A stretch of DNA of 49,959 bases from Nemertoderma westbladi (Eukaryota > Animalia > Xenacoelomorpha): assembly GCA_032718475.1 (NCBI GenBank), contig JAUCBJ010002287.1, positions 1 to 49,959 on the forward strand, written 5' to 3'. Shown here piece after piece: positions 47,223-49,959 of the stretch. The translations under genes and the position numbers were made by a program. How positions within the stretch are numbered: the first letter of the stretch is position 1; each line of letters begins with the position of its first letter. The notes beneath the pieces are model-generated. The model was not told where the DNA came from. It saw only the letters and a list, made by a program, of their open reading frames with translations, and did no database searches.

Positions 47223-48281
47223 AAATTTAAAGAACGCTTAGAATTTTTCGAAATCAAAATTTTTTTTGCAAAGTTGGTTTAGACTGTAGAATAAAATTTT
47301 TTGGGATTTCTTCCTATACATAATCTAATCCTTGGCCTTTTCCATGTCCTGTTCTATCGTAAGATGCCCTTGATGCTACAAACTGGACAAATGGTGCTGC
47401 ATCCAATTGCACTATTGAAGACAGATAATATGCAATAATACGCTGGTAGTTGATGTTTCTTCTTATAAAAAATACAGGAGCAAATTTGTATATGCTTGGT
47501 ATTATCAAGTTGGTATGTACAGTGTGCTGCTACTAACAAACACCCTTCAACCAAACAAACGCATCACTGATTTACAAAACCAATATCGATCACTAATTAT
47601 CACATGTACACAGCCCGTAACCAGAATCTAGGTGAATCACCAGTTCCATATCATTTATTGCTCAGGCCTACAGCTAACGATTACTTGTCACACCTATGCC
47701 GTTAATAAATGTCTACACCATCAATGTCGTTTAACATTTTCTATATAAAAGGGAACGCTGTATCATATTTTTTATTCAACTCAGTTTATATTATACCTCT
47801 ACCGGTCCGACCTATTTGTACTGTTAAACCACGCACATATTAGGATCGTTGGGTCCTCACACCCGGACAATTTTTTTTGTTTGGGGTTATTTTTTATGAT
47901 TTGGTTTGTGATTTGGTGTGTGATTTGGTTTGTGATTTTGATGTTTGGTGTGATTTGTTGTGCTTAATAGTATAATTAATTCTGTAATTGCTATTACTGT
48001 AATCCTAATACTAATCTTATACCTGGCTCAAATCAATTTGGTGCACAACACTTGACTGCCCGATTTTTTTTGGTTATAGAGCATAGAGTGACTACTAACT
48101 GTCTGACCATATGGGTTCACTCAAATGTAAAAGTGATCGTTTATTGTTTTGGTAAGAAAAGCCCGCCTCTGTAACCTGCTCCTTTTCCTCTAAATGCGCA
48201 ATTTAAAAAAAATGCGCTATTTAAAAAAAACAAACGCAAGTGGTGTGCACCAAATTAATTATTAAGCATACCTAGACGATC

Positions 48282-48664
48282 ATGGACCATATAACTATAA
48301 ATAATGCTACAATAAATATTATGGAGCCACGACAAGGTCGTGGGCGACGGTGGGGGGGTCGAGGCCGAGGACGGGGCCGAGGCCGAGGCCCAAGATTCCA
48401 ACCATATCACTATACCGGTAACGATGGTGCCGCAGGAGGCAGAGGAGAAGGAACACAAGAACCGGGCGGGCCACGGACGGGCGGCGAAGCACAGGTGGAT
48501 GATGTACCTAATGAGAACTCAAAACAGTCGGATGTACCTAATGAGAACTCAAAACAGTCGGATGTACCTAATGAGAACTCATTACGCGGGTAGGTGGGAC
48601 CAAACGCGAACTCGGGTAGGTGGGACCAAACGCGAACTCGGGTAGGTGGGACCAAACGCGAACT
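48282..48664 (+). other. Short RG-rich ORF (48282-48593) with 30-bp x3 and 26-bp x3 tandem repeats
   Basis: GRGRRWGGRGRGRGRGRGPRFQPY; ggatgtacctaatgagaactc with 30-bp period (DVPNENSKQS); cgggtaggtgggaccaaacgcgaact three times at 48587-48664. Coding status unproven. Confidence 0.4.
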
Positions 48665-49065
48665 CAACTTATACGTTCTAGACAGATTATCGCAGCCAAC
48701 CAGAGCTAACGGACCTATTAACCATGTTACAACACAAATATACTGCCTACACACTAAATTACTTTCAAGAAAGCACTGTACTCTAAACCCTAAATTAGGT
48801 ACAAGTACTTATACAACATATAACTAGCAGTTAAATATACGTGAACAGCCAAAAGAACCACGGTATCTGCTGGAGTGACCGGAGCACAAAATCACCAGTC
48901 TGTCCTACACCAAGTAGTCCTGAAGTAGTACCAGGGTTAATTTAACTAGAACGGTATGCATAACAAGCATAATTACTGTAAGGAATAAACTTGGGGAGAT
49001 GAAGGTTGCAAATACTTGCATAAACTCTGAATAATAAATATTATGCTACCCGTACAGACTATTCA

Positions 49066-49610
49066 AATAAAACACAGACCAAATGCTGGCAGACTACTGT
49101 CAAGCCTAAATAAATTACAGTATGTGCAGATTCCGAAATAGTTAGTTAGTATGCGTTCTAACCTAGTAGTACGACTTATTCTTTAGGTGGGGATTTACCT
49201 TACAGCTCTGGCTGCCCCTACTTCCTAACCGCACTTTATCGGACAGACACTCTACACACACTACAATTCCTTCAAACCTAACAACAGCCAGACAACAATC
49301 CAGCCTATAAATTATCTGAATAAGAAATATTACGGTACCTGTACAGACTACACAAACAAAATACAAACTAAACGCTGGCAGACTACTATCAAGCCTAAAT
49401 AAACTACAGGACATGCAGACTCCGAAATGGTTAGTTAGTATGCGTTCTAACCCAGTAGTACGACTTATTCTTTAGGTGGGGATTTACCTTACAGCTCTGG
49501 CTGCCCCTACTTCCTAACCGTTCTTTATCGGACATACACTCCACATGCACTGCAATCCGTTCAGACACAACAACAGTCAGAACAACAGTCCAGCCTACAA
49601 ATTATCTGTA
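49066..49610. repeat. 289-bp tandem duplication with near-invariant ~90-bp core
   Basis: gctggcagactact at 49085 and 49374. Core 49141-49231 versus 49430-49520 differs at 1 position, while the flanks show many substitutions. Confidence 0.9.
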
Positions 49611-49959
49611 CGATCTGAGCAGGGTTACACACCTTCTGCTCAATATCAGCCTACTAGTAAATAAAACTGACAGAAATAAGTAAAAATCCCAATAAAAAAC
49701 CAGGGCTGCAGTCCCCGATTTAATATCAAGACCTACCGGTATATAATTATCAAAATCGAATAATACTGCTGTACCTGTACTGTTGTAAGTACCGGTCCGG
49801 ATGATCAGGCAGTCAGGCCTACTGGTTACCGGTCGACCAGTACTTTAGTCTTGATCGCTTACGCCGCAATCAAGATCCTACAAACTGTTATTGTTCTTAC
49901 CAGAACAATATTAAACTGTATTTATTGCCTACACTGCAATCAAGAATTTTACAAACTGT

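Overview
Eukaryotic (probably invertebrate animal) AT-rich genomic DNA, dominated by nested transposable-element debris. Two credible host genes are present, both on the minus strand: a GC-rich, intron-poor RAB3GAP2 (exons 4097-2364 and 1432 to beyond position 1) and an intronless divergent class-A GPCR (26528-25284). Larger elements: a 4.1-kb non-autonomous TIR element with a 3-bp TSD (Academ-like) carrying about 64 copies of a 34-bp satellite; a near-intact PGBD3-like piggyBac; a long-TIR element holding a gag-only Gypsy deletion derivative (tRNA-Gln PBS) and a hAT derivative; and a decayed Polinton/adintovirus-type protein-primed PolB hit twice by the same 1.55-kb piggyBac-type element. Fragments of CR1/L2-group, RTE, CRE, Penelope, Gypsy pol, IS3EU and pogo elements are scattered through the window. 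The most unusual unexplained structures are an iteron-plus-multi-hairpin region upstream of PolB, a 362-bp unit with split (permuted) tRNA-like halves around an RTE insertion, and a 289-bp tandem repeat with a conserved pseudoknot-capable core. All calls come from manual reading and motif recognition; no database searches were run, and fragment boundaries are approximate.
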